Source: Amphiscolops sp. MND2022
Lineage: Eukaryota
DNA: 64,000 nt
NCBI GenBank assembly: GCA_964187785.1
Contig: OZ076412.1
Coordinates: 46,686,001-46,750,000, forward strand
Direction: 5' to 3'
The notes under the pieces are model-generated. The model saw only the letters and a program-made list of their open reading frames with translations. It ran no database searches and was not told the origin of the DNA. Of this stretch, positions 45,297 to 58,254 are shown piece after piece. Position 1 is the stretch's first letter, and every line of letters begins with the position of its first letter. The translations under genes were made by a program, and so were the position numbers.

Positions 45297-46401
45297 TGAA
45301 AATGTTTATCCAGGAGTAAATATGTGAATTGTTCCTGTGGACAATATAGAGCTTGGTCTACAGTAATTCTTGTACAAATCGCATAAGAGTAACTGAATAT
45401 CAACCGTATTATAAATCAACTCTTTTTACGGCCAACTTGGGCGTATTTATACTCAAGTTAGCATGACATCTGAGATTTCGTCGGTCATGCTACTAAAAAT
45501 AGCACACAAGCTAAAAATAGATACAGTGAAACTATTATTAGCAACATGACATCATTTTAGACTTGTGCGGGCGGCTAGATCAAAGAGCCTTGCGAGGCCG
45601 CAGCGGGGCATGCCGTTTGAACGGCTGAAAGGGTTTACATGTTTGAATCAACACTACATGTATACATAATCTATATGGACCTACATGGCCGATCGTCATG
45701 AGGGGCATTCTACATTCATGGGGATTAAATGATGAAACTGCATTTACTAAGAAAGCTCCGTGTATCCATCATCTAATTACGGTTATATGTATGTAGCAAC
45801 ACTTCATGTTCAACAGATCAACATTTTCATGTACAATTTCAGATAACACTCAATGTGTCAATAGGCCGTGAAAGGCCTTACTTAAAATAATAGCAACAGG
45901 TATTCTACTGGTATATAGCAACTGGTATTTAGCAATTCTAACAATTGGACCACTTAACTCGTAAGCCGAGTCCGTCCTTATTTGCTTGTACAGTTATCAA
46001 CAAACAAAGCATAGCATCAAAGCAGGCCGGTCTAATCATGTGGCCGGACTGGTCCTTTCTTGAGTAAATATATAGCTAGCAACTATGAGTGAATGAGTGA
46101 AATTAGCACTGCTGTGATTGGCCAATTTGCCGTACGCGGCCATATTAGCTATACTGAACAGGCAGCCATTTGAACACGTTTCCTTTCTGCCTGTCAGTAT
46201 AACTTGCTATCAAATATTATCACAACAAATTAAACCAAATTTACATGTATTGTAAACAGTACAAATATTATAACTAAAAGTTTTCAAACTTATTGTTAAT
46301 GCATTGACAGTTTTACTGTAGCGGCAAAGTGCCAGGTAGGGCGTTCTGTCTGCTGGCATCAATTGTGTAAAGATTGCCGTCACAGGCGGCAGCCTGCGAC
46401 A
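44735..46401 (-). repeat. 5' LTR (1667 bp) of the complex Gypsy element
   Basis: TGTCGCAGG...TTACA, followed directly by the PBS. Confidence 0.97.
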
Positions 46402-47245
46402 GGTGGAATGAGTTTGGGCTGAAATAAACACACACCTTGAACCATTGAAGGCGTGAAAAGTATTTTAGAGTTGTAGTTACTCTTGCTCTTACTCTTGCGA
46501 TGTATGGCACGTAAGGTATAAGTGCTCAACAAAGTGACTTCATAATATGATTTTTTTGCCTTTCAATTCGTTAGCAGTGATTTTTATATTTTGCGGATAT
46601 TTTTCAAAATTATGTCACCGACAATGCGTACTGGAACAAAAGTTTTTGAAACTCAGAAGTGAGACGTGTTAGTTAATTAATCGGAGAAATAGCACATGAC
46701 GTTTAGTTGACTTATGGTTTAAAAATTAAAATGTGTTTTTTGAATATTATACCAAATTGCCACGGTTTCTAGACCAAAGTTGCCTTGATTTCAGATATTA
46801 TTCCCTGTATCCGTGGTCTCTACATTCTATTACTGATCGAAATTACCCAGAATTCGGATCTAAATTGTGCATCTAAAGAGTTTTAATTGAGCAGCTAAAG
46901 ACCGAATTTTTATACCGAATTGCCACGATTTTGAAGGAGACTAGTTAGAGTTTTCTAGATCTAAGAAACAAATTTCATGCCGTAGGTACTGTTCAAACCA
47001 TCGGTGGCCACTGGTGGTCACAGCAAAAGCTGCAGATGCCACCGGAGGAACTTCAGTGGTGACCATCGGTAGACTGCGACTTGGTTACAACCCGGGCCAC
47101 AAATGGTCAAATAAAAACAAATATTTAATATCTTTAATGTACAACAAACTAATGTACGAATAAAAATTAAGAACTAATTATATTAAAAAGAGAAAATGAT
47201 TTCAACTGGTATGATTATTCCTGAAAAAGTGTCTTTGTTGAACAG

Positions 47246-47491
47246 GAGTGTATCTTTTCACGGAAAACGGGGCTACTGATGGGGCGAGAGAGCTGCTGAA
47301 GAGCAAAGTGACTGAATTCGGTTACCCCCTTCACACAGTGTCTTACAACAGCACAGACGAACACACAATCAAATTCCTTAGGGGGCTTTCCCAATGCTGC
47401 AGAGGTGGACGCTTTCATGCCTTTAGTGTCACCGAAACCGACGTTGACCCTTTGACTGGAGAGGTCAGCTATTATGGAGGGACACCGTCAG
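47246..47491 (+). CDS. VWA3B: VWA3B-like exon 3
   Basis: ttgaacag| ... tcag|gttatt, phase 1/1. VYLFT...PLHTVSYN...TIKFLRGLS...GRFHAFS (VWA-like). Confidence 0.85.
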
Positions 47492-48344
47492 GTTATTATT
47501 GCGTAAAATTTGCTTTCTGTCAGTGTTCTTGTTATGCGGTTCATCCGTCCTGACCTCATATATTTGAATCAAACGGTTTTTTTACAAAATTTGCCAAGCA
47601 CCAAATTTATATTTAACTTCAAGGGTGTTACCCATAGAATTCAACTCACATAAATTTAGCTTCGTGCGATTTGTATTTGTGGAGATTTCTGGACTTTTTT
47701 AGTTGGACCCCAAGGACCTCAACCCCAAGGACCTCATAATGACCTAAAAATGACCCAAAAAAGACCCCAAAAATGAGAAAATTTGCAAAAGTGTCCAATT
47801 TTTACGTTTTATTGCAAATTTTGTCATTTCTTTGATAAAAATCGTAGATTAGAATGTTGAAAAGCTTCAACAAGGCAAGAATTAGTTGTCCAGTAGTCGT
47901 TTATGATTGAAGAGACAAATGCAGTTTTTCTGGAAAGAAAGAGACCTAAAAATGACAAAAAACTATGAATTTTCCAATTTTCAAAGTTTTTATGCATTTT
48001 TTGTTAAAGTTTCGACAGACTTCGAGGATTGGAATGTTTTAGGGGGTCAACAAGGAAAAGGTTGGTTGTCCAGTAAATAATTGAAGAGATAATTGCAATA
48101 TTCTGAATGAAAAAATTTCAAACCGACACCGAAAATGACAAAAAACTCAAAATTTTCCAATTTTAAAGGTTTTATGCATTTTGCCCCAATTGTTTGACAG
48201 ACTTTGTGGATTGGAACGTTAGAAAGGGTCCACAAAGGAAGAATGTGTTGTCCAATAGGCTTAGAAAAAATATAAATGCAGTTTTTCAAACTGACATCGA
48301 AGTATACAAAATTTCAAAAAATTCCCAATTTTCACTATTTTTGT

Positions 48345-51300
48345 TCAATTTTTGACAAAAGATCGATCGATTTCGTGGACTAAAATGTTAAAACGCCTAA
48401 GACATTTGTGTTGTTTCAATGAGCTTTCATCACTAGATCAGTTCAATTTGTAAAAGGAAAATGCCTCAAATTGACCCTGAATTGCCAAAAGTTTTGAAGT
48501 TTTTGTTGTTTTCGATTCAATTTCTGTACAACTTCCTAAAGATTTCGTTGTACGTTCCAACACGATCAACTCAACGAAAGAACGGGCAATGCATAACTTT
48601 TTTTGAAGAGAACATTGCATTGTTTGTGTTCAAATACACTTCAGAATGTGTCCAAAGCAGTCGAAAAATTTCAAAAACTTAGTTTTTGTGCAACTTGAGT
48701 ACTTTTTGAATCGATTTGGAGTGAGACTAATGGCAGATGTTCAACAAGAAGACTGAAATCATAATCCAGTTGGTTTTTAAACGAGTATTTGCAGACTTCG
48801 GTTGGAAAATAGCTCGAAATTGACCACAAAATGTCGAAATTGTGGAAAGTTTTGTTGATTTCCGAAATTTTCAGTGAATTTTTTCTTGAGATTATAAAAT
48901 TTTGATAAAAGTTTGGTGGAGACTAGGAAACCACTTTTTCACCAACAGGAATCATAAAAAATTCAGTTTTTCGAACTTCCGGGAAAAGTTTTACAATGGG
49001 GAAAGATGTTTCAACTCGCAAAACTACTTTCTTCAAGCCGAAATCAGCTATAAAGCAAAGGGGTGCTCTATGACCAATTGAAAGTATCGGAAAGACGCAC
49101 AGAGCCGAGAAAACTGAAATTAGGTAATTTCCACAATCAAAAAGGAACTTTCGAAAAGAGACAGATAGTAAAATTAAGTACGACGCACGTTTTTCAAAAA
49201 TTCGCTGGGTTTATGGGCACAAAGTGACACAAATATTGCAAAAGTGACAATTTTCAAATTGTTTTACATTTTTAGGCCGTTTTTTTTCTAGAATTTTTGA
49301 GCTACTTGCTGAAAAAAATGGTTTTAAAATCTAAACAATGACTATTCCTGGTATCTTTCAGTGGGCAATGTTAGGAGATTACTGTAATTTTTTGTTAGAA
49401 TGGCCTCAAAAACAACCAAAAATCCATGAAACAACAAAAAAGCGCGTTGTTTGACAAACTATTTCCGATTTTCGTTCAAACCACAAAAATTTTTGAAAAA
49501 TAGAACATTCAATGACCTCTGCGTTGAAACAATAAGATATTTAAAACGAAATTGGGTAAAAAGTGTCATGAAGTTCATCGAGGTTACCACAAAAGTCTCA
49601 AAGTTCCTGAACTTTCAATTTTTGACAAAAGATCGATCGATTTCGTGGACTAAAATGTTAAAACGTCTAATACATTTGTGTAGTTTCAATGAGCTTTCAT
49701 CACTAGATCAGTTCAATTTGTAATAGAAAAATGCCTCAAATTGACCCTGAATTGCCAAAAGTTTTGAAGTTTTTCTTGTTTTCGATTCAATTTCTGTACA
49801 ACTTCCTAAAGATTTCGTTGTACGTTCCAACACGATCAACTCAACGAAAGACGGGCAATGCATAACTTTTTGTGAAGAGAACATTGCATTGTTTGTGTTC
49901 AAATACACTTCAGAATGTGACCAAAGCAGTCGAAAAATTTCAACAACTTAGTTTTTGTGCAACTTGTGTACTTTTTGAATCGATTTGGAGTCAGACTAAT
50001 GGCAGATGTTCAACAAAGACTGAAATCATCATCCAGTTGGTTTTTAAACGAGTATTTGCAGACTTCGGTTAGAAAATGGCTCGAAATTGACCACAAAATG
50101 TCGAAATTGTGGAAAGTTTTGTTGATTCCCGAAATTTTTAGTGAATTTTTTCTTGAGATTATAAAATTTTGATAAAAATTTGGTTGAGACTAGGAAACCA
50201 TTTTTTCACCAACAGGAATCATAAAAAATTCAGTTTTTCGAACTTCCGGGAAAAGTTTTACAATGGGGAAAGATGTTTCAACTCGCAAAACTACTTTCTT
50301 CAAGCCGAAATCAGCTATAAAGCAAAGGGGTGCTCTATGACCAATTGAAAGTATCGGAAAGACGCACAGAGCCGAGAAAACTGAAATTAGGTAATTTCCA
50401 CAATCAAAAAGAAACTTTCGAAAAGAGACAGATAGTAAAATTAAGTACGACGCACGTTTTTCAAAAATTTGCTGGGTTTATGGTCACATAGTGACACAAA
50501 TATTGCAAAAGTGACAATTTTCAAATTGTTTTACATTTTTAGGCCGTTTTTTTCTAGAATTTTTGAGCTACTTGCTGAAAAAAATGGTTTTAAAATCTAA
50601 ACAATGACTATTCCTGGTATCTTTCAGTGGGCAATGTTAGGAGATTACTGTAATTTTTTGTTAGTATGGCCTCAAAAACAACCAAAAATCCATGAAACAA
50701 CAAAAAAGCGCATTGTTTGACAAACTATTTCCAATTTTCGTCCAAACCACAAAAATTTTTGAAAAATAGAACATTCAATGACCTCTGCGTTGAAACAATA
50801 AGATATTTAAAACGAAATTGGGTAAAAAGTGCCATGAAGTTCATCGAGGTTACCACAAAAGTCTCAAAGTTCCTGAACTTTCAATTTTTGACAAAAGATC
50901 GATCGATTTCGTGGACTAAAATGTTAAAACGCCTAATACATTTGTGTTGTTTCAATGAGCTTTCATCACTAGATCAGTTCAATTTGTAATAGAAAAATGC
51001 CTCAAATTGACCCTGAATTGCCAAAAGTTTTGAAGTTTTTGTTGTTTTCGATTCAATTTCTGTACAACTTCCTAAAGATTTCGTTGTACGTTCCAACACG
51101 ATCAACTCAACGAAAGACGGGCAATGCATAACTTTTTGTGAAGAGAACATTGCATTGTTTGTGTTCAAATACACTTCAGAATGTGACCAAAGCAGTCGAA
51201 AAATTTCAACAACTTAGTTTTTGTGCAACTTGTGTACTTTTTGAATCGATTTGGAGTCAGACTAATGGCAGATGTTCAACAAAGAAGACTGAAATCATCA

Positions 51301-53418
51301 TCCAGTTGGTTTTTAAACGAGTATTTGCAGACTTCGGTTAGAAAATAGCTCGAAATTGACCACAAAATGTCGAAATTGTGGAAAGTTTTGTTGATTCCCG
51401 AATTTTTTAGTGAATTTTTTCTTGAGATTATAAAATTTTGATAAAAATTTGGTTGAGACTAGGAAACCATTTTTTCACCAACAGGAATCATAAAAAATTC
51501 AGTTTTTCGAACTTCCGGGAAAAGTTTTACAATGGGGAAAGATGTTTCAACTCGCAAAACTACTTTCTTCAAGCCGAAATCAGCTATAAAGCAAAGGGGT
51601 GCTCTATGACCAATTGAAAGTATCGGAAAGACGCACAGAGCCGAGAAAACTGAAATTAGGTAATTTCCACAATCAAAAAGAAACTTTCGAAAAGAGACAG
51701 ATAGTAAAATTAAGTACGACGCACGTTTTTCAAAAATTTGCTGGGTTTATGGTCACATAGTGACACAAATATTGCAAAAGTGACAATTTTCAAATTGTTT
51801 TACATTTTTAGGCCGTTTTTTTCTAGAATTTTTGAGCTACTTGCTGAAAAAAATGGTTTTAAAATCTAAACAATGACTATTCCTGGTATCTTTCAGTGGG
51901 CAATGTTAGGAGATTACTGTAATTTTTTGTTAGTATGGCCTCAAAAACAACCAAAAATCCATGAAACAACAAAAAAGCGCGTTGTTTGACAAACTATTTC
52001 CAATTTTCGTCCAAACCACAAAAATTTTTGAAAAATAGAACATTCAATGACCTCTGCGTTGAAACAATAAGATATTTAAAACGAAATTGGGTAAAAAGTG
52101 CCATGAAGTTCATCGAGGTTACCACAAAAGTCTCAAAGTTCCTGAACTTTCAATTTTTGACAAAAGATCGATCGATTTCGTGGACTAAAATGTTAAAACG
52201 CCTAATACATTTGTGTTGTTTCAATGAGCTTTCATCACTAGATCAGTTCAATTTGTAATAGAAAAATGCCTCAAATTGACCCTGAATTGCCAAAAGTTTT
52301 GAAGTTTTTGTTGTTTTCGATTCAATTTCTGTACAACTTCCTAAAGATTTCGTTGTACGTTCCAACACGATCAACTCAACGAAAGACGGGCAATGCATAA
52401 CTTTTTGTGAAGAGAACATTGCATTGTTTGTGTTCAAATACACTTCAGAATGTGACCAAAGCAGTCGAAAAATTTCAACAACTTAGTTTTTGTGCAACTT
52501 GTGTACTTTTTGAATCGATTTGGAGTCAGACTAATGGCAGATGTTCAACAAAGAAGACTGAAATCATCATCCAGTTGGTTTTTAAACGAGTATTTGCAGA
52601 CTTCGGTTAGAAAATAGCTCGAAATTGACCACAAAATGTCGAAATTGTGGAAAGTTTTGTTGATTCCCGAATTTTTTAGTGAATTTTTTCTTGAGATTAT
52701 AAAATTTTGATAAAAATTTGGTTGAGACTAGGAAACCACTTTTTCACCAACAGGAATCATAAAAAATTCAGTTTTTCGAACTTCCGGGAAAAGTTTTACA
52801 ATGGGGAAAGATGTTTCAACTCGCAAAACTACTTTCTTCAAGCCGAAATCAGCTATAAAGCAAAGGGGTGCTCTATGACCAATTGAAAGTATTGGAAAGA
52901 CGCACAGAGCCGAGAAATCTGAAATTAGGTAATTTCCACAATCAAAAAAGAAACCTTCGAAAAGAGACAGATAATAAAATTAAGTACGACGCACGTTTTT
53001 CGAAAATTTGCTGGGTTTATGGGCACAAAGTGACACAAATATTGCAAAAGTGACAATTTTCAAATTGTTTTACATTTTTAGGCCGTTTTTTTCTAGAATT
53101 TTTGAGCTACTTGCTCAAAAAAAATGGTTTTAAAATCTAAACAATGACTATTTCTGGTATCTTTCAGTGGGCAATGTTAGGAGATTGCAATTTTTTGTTA
53201 GAATGGCCTCAAAAACAACCAAAAATCCATGAAACAACAAAAAAGCGCGTTGTTTGACAAACTATTTCCATTTTTTGTCCAAACCACAAAAATTTTTGAA
53301 AAATAGAACATTCAATGACCTCTGCGTTGAAACAATAAGATATTTAAAACGCAATTGGGTAAAAAGTGTCATGAAGTTCATCGAGGTTACCACAAAAGTG
53401 TCAAAGTTTCTGAACTTT
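48345..53418. repeat. Tandem array of ~1268 bp units, about 4 copies
   Basis: Identical landmarks recur at 49451, 50717, 51986 and 53254 (offsets 1266, 1269, 1268). Related degenerate sequence flanks the array (~47750-48345 and ~53930-54050). Confidence 0.95.
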
Positions 53419-55071
53419 CGTGTATCTCGACAACATAGTCCCAATTTTGCGTCCTTTCCGAATTTTGATTTCAATAAGAAAAACCATAGGTTCATGATCG
53501 GAACGTGTAGCTATTGGTAGTCCAGTAGTGTTTCGAAGTGATATCAGACAAGTTTATTTGCACAACTTTCAAAACTTTACTTGAAAACGTAAATTTCGAC
53601 CTCATTTGTCCTATTATTAGTATTCAAAAACCTCCAAGCAAAATCACTAGATATGGAGTACACCTTCCAAAGGCAAATGTTTCGAGCTATTTCGTGGGTT
53701 AGAATGGTGTAAACATTCCGCAACATTTAAACTCGGTGTCCAATGAGCTTATTTTTGTAGAGACCCCAAGGTTGTCAAAACTATTTCCAATTTTTGACAC
53801 TTCTAGTAAATCTATGTGCAATAATATCACAGACCGCGATCGCTCAACTTTCCTAAAGTTGGAAAAGACCTAGTTTCAAGGTTTTATCTTTTTGTCAGTG
53901 CCAAAAATTACCTCAAGAAATACGCCTGAGACTAGGAAACCACTTTTTCCCCAATAGGAATTACAAAAAATTCAGTTTTTTTATTTTTTCTGTAAAGTTT
54001 TACAAACACTTTATGAGGTAACACTGAAATGAGGTAATTTCCACAATCAATAAGAAACCTCGTCAGTTCCATATGATCAAAAAAAACAAAGAAGTCACCC
54101 TAAGACTGGGGAAACTTTTTTCCTTCACCGAAGACCTCAAAAACTGAAAACTGCGAGAAGTGTTTTTCGAAAATTCTTTCAAAAAATTTCTTGCAATTTT
54201 TCTCTTTTCTTGGTGAGTCGCATAGTGCCGTGAAACGAAAAGTGGCCAGCTATCGCAGAAATATTAAATCAGGTGTTTCCTTTAAAGTGGGCTAAGATGA
54301 ATCAAAGTTTTTTTCTTCGAACTTTTTTGCGTTTTTATAGTGCATTTGCTATTCTTGAGCCTAAAATTTATGTAGTTGTAGAATAGTTTGGGGCGGAAAA
54401 TATCTCGCTGCTCAGCAAGCGTCTTGTTTAAAACAATAGTTTTGTTATAGAACGCTTGTCCGAGCATAGAAACTTGTTTTAGTAATTCCTCTTTTCTTAA
54501 CACAGTGCTAGAATGGAACAGTTCTATTTTCGTTCGATGTTGGAAAAATGGAAGAACCGGTTATCTGATATATGGGCAAATTCCTTTGTGGACCTGCTGT
54601 TGTTTCCCTGGCTGGGAAGAAAAATCTTGAAATAACCTTGCAAGATGTACATTTTAAACCGGAATTTTGAAATGTTCTGGCAAGAAATGAATCTCTTTCA
54701 ACTTAGGAATGAGAAACAGTGAATTTTTATAATAAAAACCATTTCTTCCAAGTCACAAAATTTCATTAGAAGTTGCTTTAAGAACCAGACCACAGAATTC
54801 ATAATTATCAGCAAAACAAGAGTTTTCAGTTTTACTAAGCTTTTCAATACACCGGGCCCTTTTGTTCCGCCAAACCGTTTCATTGTTGATTTATATAAAA
54901 CTTTGAAACCAGGCTCGTTTTTCAAATATCTTCTCTGCAATTCTATTCTTTCTATGAACCTTTTTTGACGAGAACAAAAAGAAAACAATTACCAACTGAG
55001 CCATTATTGACAAAAAATCAATTTAAAAAGAACATTTATTCGACGCTGTCTAGACGTTGATTGTGTTGCAG

Positions 55072-55494
55072 GATCCGGCACCCCAGAAGAGATTATGCTG
55101 ATCTGGAATGAGCTGGAAACAGCTAAGGATATTCTGTATCAACTGGAAACTATAAACAAAGAAACTGGCCCTCAAAAACCACACAAAAGACCGGCGGATA
55201 ATCCCTTCACCTCTCAGAAAGACAAAGAAAACATTCCAGCGATAGACAAAGAAGACAAAGACAATGAGGTTGGATCCTTCTTTCCTGTTCTGAGACACTC
55301 CGATATGCAATACATGGACTCCAAAACGTGGCTCCTCCAGAACGGCATCAAGACACGTGGTCTGGACTTTTACGCTTTTTTGGGAGGCGTGGCTTTCAGG
55401 CACTGCGACGGGGTCGTCAAGCAATCTCACCGCGTAGAGAAAAACTCTGTATCTCAAACTAATGTCAACGATTGGCCGGAAGAGCCAAAACCAG
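55072..55494 (+). CDS. VWA3B: VWA3B-like exon 4
   Basis: ttgcag| ... ccag|gtatga, phase 1/1. GSGTPEEIMLIWNELE...MDSKTWLLQNGIK...FRHCDGVV. Confidence 0.85.
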
Positions 55495-55907
55495 GTATGA
55501 GATTCCTAATTGAGATCTACTGTGTAGAAAATCTACGAAGTATCTTACTGTGTAGGGAGTGAAAACTTCCGAATATCTTGAGCTGATCACGAACTCGCTT
55601 ATTTAACAAGTTTCATTTTTCATAATTAAAATTTGGTAGGTTTATGGCTTATCAAGTTGTGAAAACATCTTGAACAAAGAGAATTTCACTTTATACTTTC
55701 ACATTATACCCGTGGTTCTCATTTTACACTGAGGTACACTTTTATAGATAGATTGAAAAGACAATCTTCACGAGGGCGATCTGAATATTTTTTCTTCTTT
55801 TTCAACCAGAAACAACGTCTCCATTTCAAACAAAGTGTTTTTCTAGCCGCAATTCAACTATTTTAGTCTATGGTGTAGTAAAACAGTACTTTTTATGATG
55901 GCTTCAG

Positions 55908-56166
55908 AATTTGAGATGAAGAAGACGCTGATCAATGCGAAGTACTGTGAGAAGTTTGTTCACGTGTTATGGAAAGATGGTCGCGTGAGGCACGTGCAAG
56001 TGACTGGAAAAATGTTTCGGGAGTACGAGAACAAGATGAACACCCTGCTTAAGGCACTCAACACACGCATCAACTGGCTATGTCAGGGTAGTCGTGAGTT
56101 GTTTGGCACTATCTGCGAGGAGAAGGTATATATCCTCATCGACACAAGTGCTTCCATGGAATCCAG
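55908..56166 (+). CDS. VWA3B: VWA3B-like exon 5
   Basis: cttcag| ... ccag|gttagt, phase 1/2. INAKYCEKFVHVLWKDG...VYILIDTSASM (MIDAS-like DxSxS). Confidence 0.88.
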
Positions 56167-56509
56167 GTTAGTTCCTAGCTCCCCAATTCCAAGATGCGGC
56201 TTTTGTGCCTCTATGAGCCAGCACTCTTCCGGATAGAGTCACACCAAAATATGTTACCAAAGTGCTACTAAGTGGCCAAGGAAAGGCATACCTTTCGAAG
56301 CTGGGCTTTTCTAGATGCTTTCTTGTAAGCTAACGTAGTTGTGGTGTGTAAAAACGGTTTATCCTAATCTTCAGAAAGTGTCAAGTTGATGTATTTTGAA
56401 AAATTTGATAAAGTATAATGATTTTAACCTTTTCTTTCCGGACTCATTTCTGAATGGAAGCAAAGATTCATTATCTTCTGTAATGTTTAACATTTGTGTT
56501 CTGCTTCAG

Positions 56510-56672
56510 GCTAAAAATGGTGAAGGACAAACTGTACCAGCTGATGCAGGAACAGTTGCGACATAAGGTCATGTTCAACATTGTAGCATTTGACTCTCAT
56601 GTCAAACCCTGGAGAGATGCACTGGTGAATGTGACCGAGACTCATCTGCGACAAGCTTGGGATTGGGTCAAG
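56510..56672 (+). CDS. VWA3B: VWA3B-like exon 6
   Basis: cttcag| ... aag|gtcaga, phase 2/0. LKMVKDKL...QEQLRHKVMFNIVAFD. Confidence 0.85.
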
Positions 56673-57237
56673 GTCAGAATTAATCAGTACCGGTCATATA
56701 ACACTTCTTAGTCTCTTGGTGATCATCACTGGAACACATATCTCTTCACATGATAAGATTCTTCTGGGGTGCTTATTCATTATCGATAGACTTGAAAAAT
56801 CAAAATGTTCAGTATCGAAGCATGTATGTTTCCTGAATTTTCCATGTTCTGTGAAAAAAAGCCTTCATGCTTCCATGTAGCATGTAAAAAATTCAAGCAT
56901 TCTCGAGTAGGATCCTAAATGACAATTTTTGAATGAAGTCAAAACTCGCTGTTTTATTTGGCATTCTTTCTCTGGAGGTACATCAAGTCCTTCCTTTTTG
57001 GCATTTGTGAAAATCTGCCGCTAGTTGAATAGTGTTTCTCCAACTGATTTGTAGTAAAACTTTTAACTACAGTGAACTTTCTCCGTCTTTTTCATAAATT
57101 CTCAATGAACTTTATTTTGAATATATATAGCATAATAATTTATGGTTGAGATTTCATTGTGCATCTTCATTGTTTGTCATACCTCTATTTGAGATTGTAC
57201 CAAAACAAAAATCCTTTTTTGCGCATCCTTGGTTTAG

Positions 57238-57519
57238 GACGTGGAAACCGGGGGTTCCACAAACACCCTGGGGGCTTTGAAGATGGCGCTGGGAGACCAC
57301 AATACCCAAGCAGTGTACCTCCTCTCTGACGGGAGGCCCGACCAGCTGCCCAAGTCTATCTACGCACAGGCGTGTCTGCACCCCCGGGTACCTGTTCACA
57401 CCATCTCCTTTAACTGTCACGACAAGGACGCCAACATCTTCCTCAAGGAACTGGCCGAGATCAGTCGAGGACGATTCCACATTTACCACGATTCAAGGGC
57501 TCATTCTGATCTACCCAAA
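57238..57519 (+). CDS. VWA3B: VWA3B-like exon 7
   Basis: ggtttag| ... aaa|gtaaaa, phase 0/0. GSTNTLGALK...YLLSDGRPDQ...HTISFN. Confidence 0.88.
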
Positions 57520-58013
57520 GTAAAATTAACCCTATTTTGACACAGAACTACTCTGAATTAGACAACAATAGGCGAATAAAACAATATATATATTGCGTAT
57601 ATAATGTGGCACATATATATTTTTTCCACGATGGGAAATTTTAGGCACGATGGGAAATTTTAGTAACCGAAGAAATTGTGAGAAATCGAAACTATTCAAG
57701 ATCTTATTATGCTGCAAAGTGCTTGCTAAAGAGAAAAAATTGAAAAATAATAGTTCCACTAAAATGGATTGAAAACATAAACCTTTTTTTGGAAGGAAAT
57801 CCTTTGACACAATTTTGTTTAATAAATGTTTTCAATCATATAGGATACGCATATCGTTCGTCACTAATTCTGGAGATTCAGTTATTTGAAGACTATTTAT
57901 GAATATTTTCTAGGCGCTTGAAATATGTTTTTCTAGGCTTTATAAAAATATCAACATTTTGCGTATTCTCACATCGCTACAATCAGTAACCTTGATTTGA
58001 CTATTTGTTCCAG

Positions 58014-58254
58014 GGCTTCCAGAGCGAAGATTTATCTCTGCTTAAAAAGGAGGCTGACGAGGCGAAGCAGAGCCTTCGTTTGGTTGCAAAGTTGAGGGCC
58101 GAATGTGCCGCCCACGAATGGTCTCTGGACTCAAAAAGCAGCAACGCTAAGTTGTCCAGAAGTCTCTCGGGGTCAGCAACTGCCAGACCATACAGTGCCA
58201 GCCCCAGGAAGGGTCCCACCTCCGATTCATCCAGTAGTGGTGGATTTAGAAAAG
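58014..58254 (+). CDS. VWA3B: VWA3B-like exon 8 (3' boundary uncertain)
   Basis: tttgttccag| phase 0; QSEDLSLLKKE matches the recalled NEDLTLLVKE. All candidate donors are phase 1; best is aag|gttcga. Confidence 0.7.

Larger units (their letters stand above)
31825..46401 (-). mobile_element. Young 14.6 kb complex Ty3/Gypsy LTR retrotransposon with an accessory region, in VWA3B intron 2
   Basis: Perfect GGTGG TSD (31820-31824 / 46402-46406). LTRs of 1671 and 1667 bp, TG..CA, with ~11 substitutions and one 4 bp indel. PBS TGGTGACAGGAGC (44722-44734, tRNA-Leu-like), PPT aaggggag (33496-33503). Domain order gag, PR-RT-RH-INT. Confidence 0.97.

Noticed and set aside
48345-53418. CRISPR-like array
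   Set aside because: Units are ~1.27 kb with no unique spacers, the context is eukaryotic, and there are no cas genes.
48438-53520. Repeated 60-90 aa ORFs (MTNYF..., MYLNTN..., MKRTLH...)
   Set aside because: By-products of the AT-rich tandem unit; no protein-like features, and they vary with indels.
54250-54990. Minus-strand ORFs possibly from a Tx1/L1 relic
   Set aside because: Motif resemblance too weak to call.
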